A DNA stretch of 64,000 nt from an uncultured Candidatus Rokubacteria bacterium (lineage in GTDB: Bacteria; Methylomirabilota; Methylomirabilia; Rokubacteriales; CSP1-6): the NCBI GenBank assembly GCA_963754315.1, contig CAVWFS010000009.1:32001-96000 (forward strand), given 5' to 3'. Position 1 is the stretch's first letter. The number at the start of each line of letters is the position of its first letter. The notes under the pieces are model-generated. The model was given only the letters and a program-made list of their open reading frames with translations, ran no database searches and was not told the DNA's origin. The position numbers were made by a program, and so were the translations under genes. This document shows, in pieces, positions 10,604 to 21,300 of this stretch.

Positions 10604-13600
10604 CTAGTCGAGACCCGTAGCCTCGTGCTGAGCCCGGGCCAGGTCCCGGGCCATGCCCATCGCTCGAAACATCCCGACCGCTTCCCCGATGAACTTCTTG
10701 GCTTCGTCGGGTCGGTGCCACTCCTTGAGCAGCCGGGCATAGACCTCGTAGCTCCGGGCCAGCTCCGGCCGGCACCCAAGCTCCTGCTGGATGCGGATGG
10801 CGTCGAGCAATGCACGCTCTGCGCGATCGACTTCGGCCGGCGCCAGCCGCGCCAGCGCCTCGGCCAAGGTCCGGTGGGCGAGGGCGTTGGCGAGCCGGTC
10901 GCGCGTATCCTCGGCGAGCCGGATGGCCTCCTCGCAGAGCATGGGCACTGATGCCGCTTCGCCGAGGGCGAGAAGGGCGGTGGCCAGCAAACCCTGGCCC
11001 CAGGCGAGCAGGGTGGTGGTGCCGAGCTGCTTGGCGAGGGCGATACTGCTCTCGAGCAGCTCTCGAGCCCGCCCGGGGTTCCCGACCGTGATGTAGGCTT
11101 GGCCCTCGTAAAACTGCAGCAGGTAGATGCGGAAGCGATCGCCTGCTCCCTCGGCCACGCGCCGCCCGGCCTCGCAGTCGGCGATGGCCTCGGGCCCCGC
11201 GCCCTGGTGACCATAGGCCACCGCCCGGTAGTTGTAGGCGGCGGCCTGCACGAAGGGATTGGCGAGCCCTTCGGCGAGCTGGAGACCGCGGTCGGCATAG
11301 GGCAGCGCTCGCTCGAAGTCGCCGAGCGCGGCCAGCGCGACGCCCGTGTAGCCGGCGGCGGTGGCTTCCTCGGTGATGTTTCCGAGGTTTCGCATCTGCT
11401 CGACGCTGCGGGCCAACAGCTCGCTGGCGCGGGCGTGCTCGCCCATGAGGTAGTAGCTTCGCCCCATGAGGTTAACGGGCGGCGCCGCCAGATCTTCGTC
11501 CCCCAGACGGTCGGCGATGGCCAGACTCTGCTCGGCGAAGCCAGTGGCCACCTGGAAGGCGCCGCGCACATAGGCCAGCCTCCCCAACCAGTAGAGCACG
11601 CGGGCCAGGCGCGGTTCGTCTTCCAGCGCCTGCGCCAGGGTCCGAGCTTGCTCGAGATTGTCGCGGTCTTGCTCGAGCGCTTCGCGCGTCGTGCCGACCT
11701 GGGCGCGCTTGATGCACGCGTCGATCTCGGCGCGCTGGCGCTCGGGGGAGGCGGTCTGGGAGCGCGTGAGGCCGAGGGCTTCATCGTAGTAGCTCGCGGC
11801 CTCGGCATTGGCGTAGAGGCGAGCGGCCCGGTCCCCGGCCAGAAGGGCATATTTGATCGCGTGGTCCAGGTGGTCACTGCGTGAATAGTGGTGGGCGAGC
11901 ACGACCGCCTGCTCCTCGAGCTTGTCGCCGGCGAGCTCTTCGATGCTCTGGCCCACCAGGCCGTGCAGCGCCTGGCGCCGCGGCGCCAGCAGACTCTTGT
12001 AGATGACGTCCTGGATGACCGCGTGCTTGAACCGGTATTCCAGTTGAGGAAAGAAGCGCGACTCATGAATGACGTCCAGGCGCTTGAGCGCTTCCAGATG
12101 ACCGGGGATCTCGGCAGGCCGGTTCGACACCCGGGCGAGCAGACGGAACTCGAATTCGCGCCCGATGACGGCGGCCATCCGCAGCGTGTCCCTCACGGGA
12201 TCTTCCAGGCGGTCGACCCGCGCCCGGATGATGTCCTGGATGGTGGCGGGCCACTCGAGGGCGACTTCGTTGATCAGCCGGAGGTGCCCGTTTTCGCGGA
12301 CGAGGAGACTGCGTTCGAGGAGGGCCTGGGTGAGCTCCTCGATGAAGAGCGGGTTGCCGTCGGCCTTGTCGCGGACGAACTGCAGGAACTCCGCGGGAAC
12401 CTCGTGGGCACCGAGCAGCGCGGTGAGCATGTCTTCGATCTCGGGTTGGGCCAGCCCGTCGAGCGAAATCTGCGTGTAATGCGGATTGTCCGCCCATCGC
12501 ACCGTGTATCCGATTCGGTGGGTGGTCAGAATGAGGACAGACAGACCGGCCAGGCTGCCCGCCAGAAAGGCGAGGAGGTCTTCCGAGCTCTGATCGATCC
12601 AGTGCAGGTTCTCGCAGATGAGCACCTGGGGTCGATGGCGGCTAGCCGCCGCGATAACGGCGCGGATGGCCTCTAACGTTTGCTGGCGACGGTGCTGCCG
12701 ATCGAGATGACGCAGGGCTTCGTCGGCCCCCGGGATGGCAAACAGCGCCTCCAGGAACGGCAGGAGCGGTGCGAGGCTCGTGTCGAGGCGCTGAACGGTC
12801 TGGCGCAGCTTTTCCTGGATCTGGAGCGGATTGTCACCTTCCTCGATGTGAAAGCGCGTGCGCAGGATTTCCAGGATCGGTCCGTAGGGCATCGTGCGCC
12901 CGTATGCGACGCAGTGACCCTCGAGCCACTCGACCTGCTCGTCGCCGATTGACGCGTGGAGCTCGTACAAGATGCGGGACTTGCCGACCCCCGGCTCGCC
13001 GACCACGCCGACGACCTGTCCATGACTGGCTTCGACTCGGTGCAGACAATCGTGCAGGAGAGCCAGCTCACGACGACGGCCGGCCAGCTCGGTGAGGCCG
13101 CGGGCCGCGCTCATCTCGAGCCGATTCCGCACCCGGCGACGGTCGGTGACCCGATAGACGGCGACGGGTTCGCGCTGGCCTCTGACTTCGACCCGACCGA
13201 GCGACTCGCACAGGACGTACCCTTCGACGAACCGATGGGTGGCCTCGGCCATCAGGATCGCGCCTGGCTCGGCGTGACTCTGCATGCGAGCCGCGATATG
13301 GGTGGTGTTCCCCACCGCCGTGTAGTCCATCCGGAGGTCGTCGCCAATGCGGCCCACGACCACGGGGCCGGTGTTGATCCCGATGCGCAGGCGGAGCTCC
13401 ACGCCGTGCTCGCGCTGAAACTGGGCGCTAAAGCCACGGATGGTCTCCTGGATGGCGAGGGCCGCCTGCACTGCACGCAGTGGATGATCTTCCAGCGCGA
13501 TCGGTGCTCCAAAGAGGGCCATCAACCCGTCGCCCAGGTACTGGTTGACGATACCCTCGTAGCGATGCACGGCCTCGGCCACAAGGTGCAGAATCTCGCC

Positions 13601-14053
13601 CATCAGCTGGTGGAGACGTTCCGGGTCTGTCCGCTGGGCGACGGCCGAGGAGTCGGCGATGTCGGCGAAGAGAACCGTCACCAGCTTGCGCTCCCCCTCG
13701 AGGGCGCTGCGCGAGGTGAGAATCCTCTCGACGAGATAGGCTGGTGTGTAGGCGTGGCGAGCGGTTACGGGGCCGCCCGCGGCCGGGGCCACCTCGGTTG
13801 TCCGCGGGCGGTCGGCGGCCGGGGCGCCCGAATCAGCTGCGCGCGCCGGCGCGGCATCCTTCGTGGCGAGAGCCGAGCCGCAGTTGCTGCAGAACCTGGC
13901 CGCCCCGCTGTTGGCGGCGCCGCAGGCAGCGCAGGCCACGGCGCGGGGGGCCCCGCACTGATCGCAAAACTTGGCGGCAGCGCCATAGGTGTGACCGCAG
14001 CGGGGACACTGCAGGCTGCCTTCCTCGTCCCGGCTGGCCATATGGTCATCCAT
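10604..14053 (-). CDS. Double zinc ribbon + class III nucleotide cyclase + STAND/AAA ATPase + TPR protein, copy B
   Basis: Four CxxC pairs; VLFADIADS, QYLGDGLMALFG, RIGINTGPVVVG, AARMQ; Walker A GEPGVGKS; GNPLFIEEL; YRFKHAVIQD; helical repeat C-terminus. Confidence 0.93.
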   Translation of the reverse strand: MDDHMASRDEEGSLQCPRCGHTYGAAAKFCDQCGAPRAVACAACGAANSGAARFCSNCGSALATKDAAPARAADSGAPAADRPRTTEVAPAAGGPVTARHAYTPAYLVERILTSRSALEGERKLVTVLFADIADSSAVAQRTDPERLHQLMGEILHLVAEAVHRYEGIVNQYLGDGLMALFGAPIALEDHPLRAVQAALAIQETIRGFSAQFQREHGVELRLRIGINTGPVVVGRIGDDLRMDYTAVGNTTHIAARMQSHAEPGAILMAEATHRFVEGYVLCESLGRVEVRGQREPVAVYRVTDRRRVRNRLEMSAARGLTELAGRRRELALLHDCLHRVEASHGQVVGVVGEPGVGKSRILYELHASIGDEQVEWLEGHCVAYGRTMPYGPILEILRTRFHIEEGDNPLQIQEKLRQTVQRLDTSLAPLLPFLEALFAIPGADEALRHLDRQHRRQQTLEAIRAVIAAASRHRPQVLICENLHWIDQSSEDLLAFLAGSLAGLSVLILTTHRIGYTVRWADNPHYTQISLDGLAQPEIEDMLTALLGAHEVPAEFLQFVRDKADGNPLFIEELTQALLERSLLVRENGHLRLINEVALEWPATIQDIIRARVDRLEDPVRDTLRMAAVIGREFEFRLLARVSNRPAEIPGHLEALKRLDVIHESRFFPQLEYRFKHAVIQDVIYKSLLAPRRQALHGLVGQSIEELAGDKLEEQAVVLAHHYSRSDHLDHAIKYALLAGDRAARLYANAEAASYYDEALGLTRSQTASPERQRAEIDACIKRAQVGTTREALEQDRDNLEQARTLAQALEDEPRLARVLYWLGRLAYVRGAFQVATGFAEQSLAIADRLGDEDLAAPPVNLMGRSYYLMGEHARASELLARSVEQMRNLGNITEEATAAGYTGVALAALGDFERALPYADRGLQLAEGLANPFVQAAAYNYRAVAYGHQGAGPEAIADCEAGRRVAEGAGDRFRIYLLQFYEGQAYITVGNPGRARELLESSIALAKQLGTTTLLAWGQGLLATALLALGEAASVPMLCEEAIRLAEDTRDRLANALAHRTLAEALARLAPAEVDRAERALLDAIRIQQELGCRPELARSYEVYARLLKEWHRPDEAKKFIGEAVGMFRAMGMARDLARAQHEATGLD

Positions 14054-14073
14054 GGAGGGGCGTGCTGGGCCTG

Positions 14074-14102
14074 ACTCTAGGTGCTGCCCCAGGCAGTGTC
14101 AA
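14074..14102 (-). promoter_or_regulatory. sigma70-type promoter for cyclase copy B
   Basis: Minus strand TTGACA-17 nt-TAGAGT. Confidence 0.75.
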
Positions 14103-14149
14103 GGCCGTCGGTCGCCGCGTTCAGGGAGGCAGGGCGGGGGCCACTCCGA

Positions 14150-15350
14150 TCACAGCACGTCACGGTGATTCTGGAAGAACTTCTCTCCCTCTGCACAGCC
14201 GATGTCGAACATCGTCGACATATTGGAGTAGCTCCAGTCGAGGATGTGTGTTGCTTGCTGGTCCGAGATCTCGAATTCGATCTTGAGAAACCTGAAGTTG
14301 AATTCGGATGTCTTGTAGTACCCGTCATGCACGTCTTTCTCGAACCGCGCGAGCTCCTTCTTGGCGTGGGCAACCACGGGCAGGATGATCGATAGCCCGA
14401 ACGCATCCCACAGGTTGCGCGGCTCGCGGAGCAGGAACCGTTCGAGTTTCGACACGATATCGATGAGGACTACGGTCTTGACGTCCTTGCTGACCGTCTC
14501 CAGGAATCTTCCGAAGCTGATTGGCTCCCAGTTCGCGCCTTCGAAATATTGCCGGTCTCCAATCTTTACCGGCGTGTAGATGAACGGATAGGCGAAGGCG
14601 GCCCGAACATGGTCGGGTCTGATGTCGCCCCGGCTGAAGACTTGCAGGGCCGTTCCGGTTCCGGATTGCCCCCGCGCAGCGTCCTTCGAGGCTTTGGCGA
14701 TGTCTGCGGCACTCGTGAAATTGAGGAAGAAGTCTCTGCCCTTGTTCGCCGAGCTGCTTGAAGTCGACAAGGTCCTCGATGAAGGGAAGCGGATCGCACA
14801 CGCCCTTGCTCCAGTAGGTGAGGGTGGTGGGCGTGATCGCTGCCGCCCACAGGTCGACGAGGTCATTGTAGAGGCGCCTGATGCCGCCGTCGCCGACGCT
14901 CATCCACGTCTGTCCGGCCTTGACCCAGTGGTTGTACCACTCCCCGAGCGGAGAGGTGGGACCGGGTATTGGCCGGAACGGAAACTCGCCGAGCTTGAAG
15001 AGCCTGGCCATCCGCTGAATGGGCTGGGTAAACGGGCCCGGCTTGAAGAAGGCTTTGAAGTTGATCGGCAGAAGGCTGTAGATCGGGTCCGAGACCCCTA
15101 ACTCCACGATACTCCGCAGCGCTGTCAGGGGATCGCCGCCCTTGGGAGCGGCCAGGAGCAGCCCGATCAGCGCTCCGGCGCCCGAGGTGTAGATCACATC
15201 GAAAATCTGGCCGTCCTCTCCTACTTTCCCGTCCCGTTTGAGGCCATCGTAAAGGGCCCATAGAGCTCCGGCCATCAAGGGTGAGTGGGGCGCCCCGGCG
15301 CTCAGCATCAGAGCCGTTTTGGGACGGTCTCCTGGAGCAGCCTGACTCAT
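14150..15350 (-). CDS. Patatin-like protein 1; frameshift near 14750
   Basis: ATG 15350 overlaps the PKS1 TGA. ALMLSAGAP, FDVIYTSGAGALIG, PINFKAFFKPGPF (ORF 14325..15560), continuing as DFFLNF...YFEGANWEP...LDWSYSN (ORF 14150..14866). Confidence 0.8.
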
Positions 15351-18300
15351 GTTCCCCTCCCTGCCCGCGCGAGCGTGTTGGACAAGCTCGCGTTGATGGT
15401 GTCGAGAATGAACGGACGGTCGTCCACGATGAGGAAGTGGGCCGTGTTCCGGATCCAGGCCTGGAAGCTCACCCGGGTGTAGTGTCCCCACTGCACGGCG
15501 TCCTCCTGGGTCACGTAAGGGTCGCCATGACCCACGAAGCAGGTGAGAGGGACATCCCACGCCGGGGTTGCCGTGAACCGGTAGCTGGCGGCCATGGCGA
15601 AGTCGGCCCGCACGGCCGGCAACAAGAGGGCACGAAGCTCGGGATTTCCTAAGAATCCGTCGGTGGCGTCGATGTCGAAGTGGCGGATGATATCGGCGAA
15701 CACAGGGTCGGGCTGCTCGTGACCGGGGCGGAACGGGTCAAACTGCGGGTGCCGGACGAGTGTGGTCAGCAGGTCCCGCTCGAACGGTCCCTCGCGCTGA
15801 AGCAAATGAGGAGGCCGCGCACCCGAGACAAACACGTGCTCGAGGCGCAGAGGGCCCCGCGCCAGGAGCGCCCGCGCTGTCTCGAACAGGAGAAGGGCGC
15901 CCAGGCAGTGCCCGAAGAATGCGAAGGGCTTGTCGAGGTACGGGGACATGGCGGGGATCAGTCGCCCCACGAATACGTCCAGCGATTCGATGAGCGGCTC
16001 GCCCGCGCGGCCACCGCGCCCTGGGGGCTCGATGGCGACGAGCTCGATCGTGGCATCGAGCGCGTCGGCCCACGGGCGGAACGTGCCTGCGCCTCCTCCC
16101 GCGTAGTGAAAGCAAAAGAGCCTCCGCCTGGCCGACGGATTCGGCCGAGGAAACACGAGCCACCCGCCGGCCTCGACCAGGCTCACCGCGCCAGCTCGTG
16201 ACCCATTGTGGCCAACCGAGGTCGGCATGGGAGCCGGAGGATCCTCGGTTGGGCGAGGGAGGCGCACGAGCAGCTCATCGACGAGCTCGACCACGCTCGG
16301 TCCCCGCATCAAGGTCGCCACCGCCACCGCCATTCCAAGCCCCTGTTCCAGGCGATTGGCGACGTTCACGGACATGAGCGAATCGAGCCCGAGCTCGTTC
16401 AGCGGTTGCTGGGGGTCGATGTCCTCGGTGAAGCCAAGCTCGTCCGCCACCTGGGCCTGGACGAACTCGAGCAGGAGCGCGCGGTGCTCGCTCGCCGGGG
16501 CTGTCCGCAAGCGGGCCTGCACGTCTCCCTCGGGGACCGCGCGCTTGGCACGGTGAGCCGCTCCCACTTCGCGGGCCAGCTCTGCATAGAGCGGCGGGGG
16601 CTCGGAGAACTGCTTCAGATACATCGCCCAGTCTGTGATCGTCACCGCGACCTGATCGAGACCCTGACTGATCACATGCTCGAGCACGCGGAGGCCGTCG
16701 TCCGGAGGGATAGGGCGGGTCCCACGCGCGCGCCAGATGGCGGCCCCGCGAGAGCCGGTGGCGGCCGCCATGCCCTCGTCGGCCCACGGGCCCCAGTTCA
16801 CGACGGTCGCCGGCAGACCCAGACCACGTCGATACGCGCCCAAGGTGTCGAGGAAGGCGTTGCCGGCCGTGTAGTTCGCCTGGGCGGCGGAGCCGGTTAG
16901 GCTGAGCAGCGACGAATTGAGGATGAAGAAATCCAGCTGCAGGTCACGCGTGTAGTGGTGCAGGAACCAGCTTCCTCGGATCTTCGGGGCCACGACCCGG
17001 GCAAACTTGCTCCACTCCAGCTGGCCCACGATCCCGTCGTCGAGGACGCCGGCGCCGTGGATGACTCCCCTCAGCGGTAAGCCCTGCCGACACACCTCAC
17101 CCAGCAGCCGCCGAACGTCAGCCTCGACACTCACGTCGGCGGTCATCACACGAACGTCCACTCCACGCGTGCGCAAGCTTTCCACGGCGTTGCGAGCCCG
17201 GCCCTCGGCCGCGTGTCGGCTTACCAGCACGAGGGACCGTACGTCGTGTCTCTCGACCAGCCACTGCGCGACTCTCAGTCCGAGCATGCCGAGACCGCCG
17301 GTGATCAAGTAGGTCGAATCGCGTCGAAACCGCACGGATGCGCGCGCCGCTTTTCGCTGATGCCGCCGCAGACGCGCGACAAAGCGCGTGCCGTTTCGCA
17401 GGCACACCTCGCCCTCGCCATCCCCCCGAAACAGTTCACTGACCAGGGCCTCGGCGTCCTCGCGCGGGCTCGGGAGGTGGGTGGGTGGCAGATCGATCAC
17501 GCCTCCCCACATCGAAGGGTACTCGAGGGCGACCGTACGCCCGAGTCCCCACAGGGACGCGTGCGCTGGTTCGGGCGGAACCGATGAGCTGGCCGTCGGT
17601 TGAGCGTTCCGCGTGACAAACCAGAGCCGGGGAGCGAAGGTACTGGCGCTCTTCACCGCAGCGAGAGCTTGCGCGAGGAACAGGGGAGCCGCGCATCCGA
17701 GCTCCTCGGCCTGTACCAGGCTGTCCGGGAACATCTCCGCCGAGGACGGGATATCGAGGCCCCAGAGGTAGAGCACTCTCCGGTAGGGCAGGCCTTCCCA
17801 GGCCGACACCTCTTGCAGCAGGCGCCGGAATTCCTCCGGCCGCATCGGATCGATCGCAGACCGTGCCGGACCCATGTCCATGGTCTTGGCATAGACGAGG
17901 TGACACCAGTCACCACGCGATTCCAGCTGTTCCGCGAGCGCCGCCCCCACGCCGCCACGGTCGGCGAAGATCAGCCAGCTGGCGAGGGCGCTGCGGCGCG
18001 CGGGCGAGGCGGGCCGCTCTTCCCAGGAAAGCTCGTAGAGCCACTCGGTAAGGGCCGCATCGTCGTCGATGGCAGCCACCGCTTCTCGAGGCAGGCGACG
18101 CAGTGATAGTCCGGCTAAGGTGGCCACGATCTCCGAATCTGTGCCGTAGACATTGATGTCGACGACGAGCGGTTGATGGGGCGCGCGATGGTTCCGGACC
18201 GTGGCGTGCGCCCAGCCCTCCGTCACGCCCTCTCGGTAGACGCGAAATCGCTCGACACCGACGGGAAGATAGGTGCCCTCAGATGCCGGAGCCCCCTCAC

Positions 18301-21300
18301 CGTACTCACCGAGAGCGGCGGGGTACAGGTGGAGGCACGCGTCCAGGAAGGCGGGGTGCAGGCCATAGGGGCCGGGTGACGACGCCTCGGCGGGCAGGCG
18401 GATTCTGGCCACGGCCGCCGCCTGGCCTTGCCAGAGCCGCTGGATCCCGCGAAAGGACGCACCGTACTGTAGTCCCAGCTCTGCGACGGCGCGATAGTAG
18501 CCTTCGGAAGGAATCTCGCGGTGACACTGAGCGAGGGTCCCCTCCGCGTCGAACGGGGTGGTCGGTCGCGCGGCCGCATTCTCCCCGCACACGATGCCAC
18601 TCAGGTAGGTCTGCCACTCGCCGTCTTCCTTCGCGCCGCGGCTGAGAAGTTCGAACGTGGCCCGCCGCTCGCCCGCCGGCGTCATGACCACGCGAACGGA
18701 TCTGGCACCGTCGTCAGGCAGGATCAGGGCCTGGTGATACGTGAGGTCCTCGAGCTGGGCAGAACCGCCGCCGAAGTATCCGCGCCCCGCCGCGAGGGCC
18801 GCCTCCAGCACGGCCGCGGTCGGGAGCACACGCTGGCCGTGAATGCGATGATCGCGCAAGTACGGAAGCTGCTCCTCCCCGTAGAGCGCCTCGAACCGGA
18901 TCTCCGACGACCCCGATCCGGTGGGCGCCCCGAGCAGCGGGTGTGCGCGGGGCGCCCGCGTCTGTCCGTCGACTCTCTCCCTGCTTGCGCCGTCGAGCCA
19001 GTAGCGCTTCCGCTGGAAGGGATAGGTCGGCAAGGTCACGCGGCGCCGGCTCACCCCTTCGTGAACACGCGTCCAGCGGATGGGAACGCCGTCGAGGTAC
19101 AGCGTCTTCAGGCCCTCCAGCATCGTCTCCCACTCGGGCTTTTGCTTGTTGAGCGAGGACACCCACGAGATCTCCGTGGCGGGCAGGCACTGGCGGCCCA
19201 TGGCGAGCAGTCCGCTTCCGGGCCCGACCTCCAGGAAGACGTCGAAGCCCTGCGCGTGCAGGGTGCGCAGCCCGTCGGCAAATCGCACCGCGCCCCGAGC
19301 GTGATGTCGCCAGTATTCGGGGGTCGGGGCTCCAGCGACCGCCACCCCCGTGAGATTCGAGATGAGGGGAATTGCGGGCTCACGGTGGGGAATGGCGCGG
19401 GCGGCCGCCTCCAACCGATCGAGGATGGGATCCATCAGGGGCGAGTGAAAGGCATGGGAGACGGTCAGAGTCGCCGTCGAGATGTTCCGTGCCCTGAGCG
19501 CGGCCACCGCCTCCGCGAGGGCGCCGCGCTCCCCGGAGATGACGGTGTTCCCGGGACCGTTGATGGCCGCGATCGAGATCCGAGTGGCATGGGCGCCGAC
19601 GACGTCGCCAACCACGGTCTCGGACGCGAACACGACGACCATCGAGCCGCACCTCGGAAGGCTCTGCATCAACCGAGCGCGCTCCACCACCAGGCGGAGC
19701 CCCTCGTCGAGGCCGAACACGCCGGCCACGCAGGCCGCCACGAGCTCGCCCACGCTGTGCCCCATCACCGCGCCCGGCACGATCCCCCAGGCTTGCCAGA
19801 CCTGAGCGAGGGCGTACTCGAGGGCGAACAGCGCCGGCTGGGTGTAGGCCGTCTCGTGCAGGAGCGCAGCGGTGTCGTCGCTCCGGGGGAAAAGCACTTC
19901 CAGGAGCGGTCGATCCAGGTACGGCCGGACGATCGCCGCACATTCGTCGAGACTTCGTTGGAACTGCGGGAGTGTCCGGTACAGCTCGGCGCTCATCCCG
20001 GGGTACTGCGAGCCCTGGCCGCTGAACAGGAAGGCTACCGCTGGCTTCTTACCCGCTCGCCGCACATCCACGGGTCGGTGAGCGCTCGGTCCTGACGCCG
20101 AGAGTTGCGCGACGAGGTCCTGCGTGGAGCCAGCCACCACGGCGAGGCGGTGGGGAAAGTAACTGCGGCTGACGTTGGTCGTGTAGCAGAGATCGGCCAG
20201 GGACGCGGGAGGCGTTGCCTCGAGGAACGTTCGGAAGCGATCCACGTAGGCGGTCAGCGCGGGCCCGCTCTTCGCCGAGAGCGTGAACATCTGAAGGGGG
20301 AGCGAGTCGGGCTCCGGGCTCGCGACGGACGGTGGTTCCTCCAGGACCGCGAAGGCGTTGGTTCCTCCGATCCCGAGCGAGTTGACGGCGGCCCGCCGCG
20401 GCCCCTCCGACGTCGGCCAGGGGCTGAGCGCGGTGTTGACGTAGAACGGACCGTGATCGAAGTCGATCTTGGGGTTCGGCACCGCGAAGTGAAGGCTCGG
20501 AGGGATCAGGCCGTGCTGAAGGACGAGTGCGCTCTTGATCAGTCCGGCCATTCCGGCCGCTTGCTCCGGGTGCCCGATGTTGGTCTTGACAGAGCCGAGG
20601 GCACAGAAGCGCGGTGAGAACGTCCGCAGGGCAAAGGCTTGACTGAGAGCCTGGATCTCCAGGGGATCGCCGACGGCGGTCCCGGTGGCGTGGCACTCGA
20701 TATACCGGATCGACTCGGGGGAAACGCCGGCCACGCGGAGGGCCTCGACCATCGCCCCCACCTGTCCCGTCACCGAGGGGGCGCTGTAGCTGGCCTTCAT
20801 TCCCCCGTCGTTGTTGATCGCCGTTCCCCTGATGACCGCGTACACGTGATCGCCATCGGCAAGGGCGCGCGCCAGGTCCTTGAGGAGCACGGCCCCCACC
20901 CCGCTACCGAAGACGGTGCCTTGTCCGGCGGCATCGAAGGCGCGGCAGTGGCCGTCCGTCGAGTAGACGTTCCCTTTTTCGGCCAGGTAGCCACACACCT
21001 GAGGAATGCGGACGGTCACCCCGCCCGCGAGCACCATGTCGCTCTCGCCCGCGAGCAGACTTTGACACGCGAGGTGTACCGCCACCAACGACGTCGAGCA
21101 CGCCGTCTGCACCGTGACGCTGGGGCCCGTGAGGTTCAGCTTGTACGAGACGCGTGTACTCAGGAAGTCCTTGTCGTTTCCGAGGTGCGGGAGCCCCGCC
21201 GTCTGACCGGGAAACCCCGGCGAGGCCTGCTGGGCCATCAGGTAGCTGGTCACCACGCCGCCGCCACCCGCGAACACGCCGATGGGGCCGTCGTATGCGT

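Noticed and set aside
8038..15350. Calling the patatin plus cyclase genes a canonical CBASS, Pycsar or Avs defence system
   Set aside because: No CD-NTase or known effector pairing, the patatins lack the catalytic Ser, and such cyclase-ATPase-TPR proteins are often multi-copy regulators. Kept only as a hypothesis.
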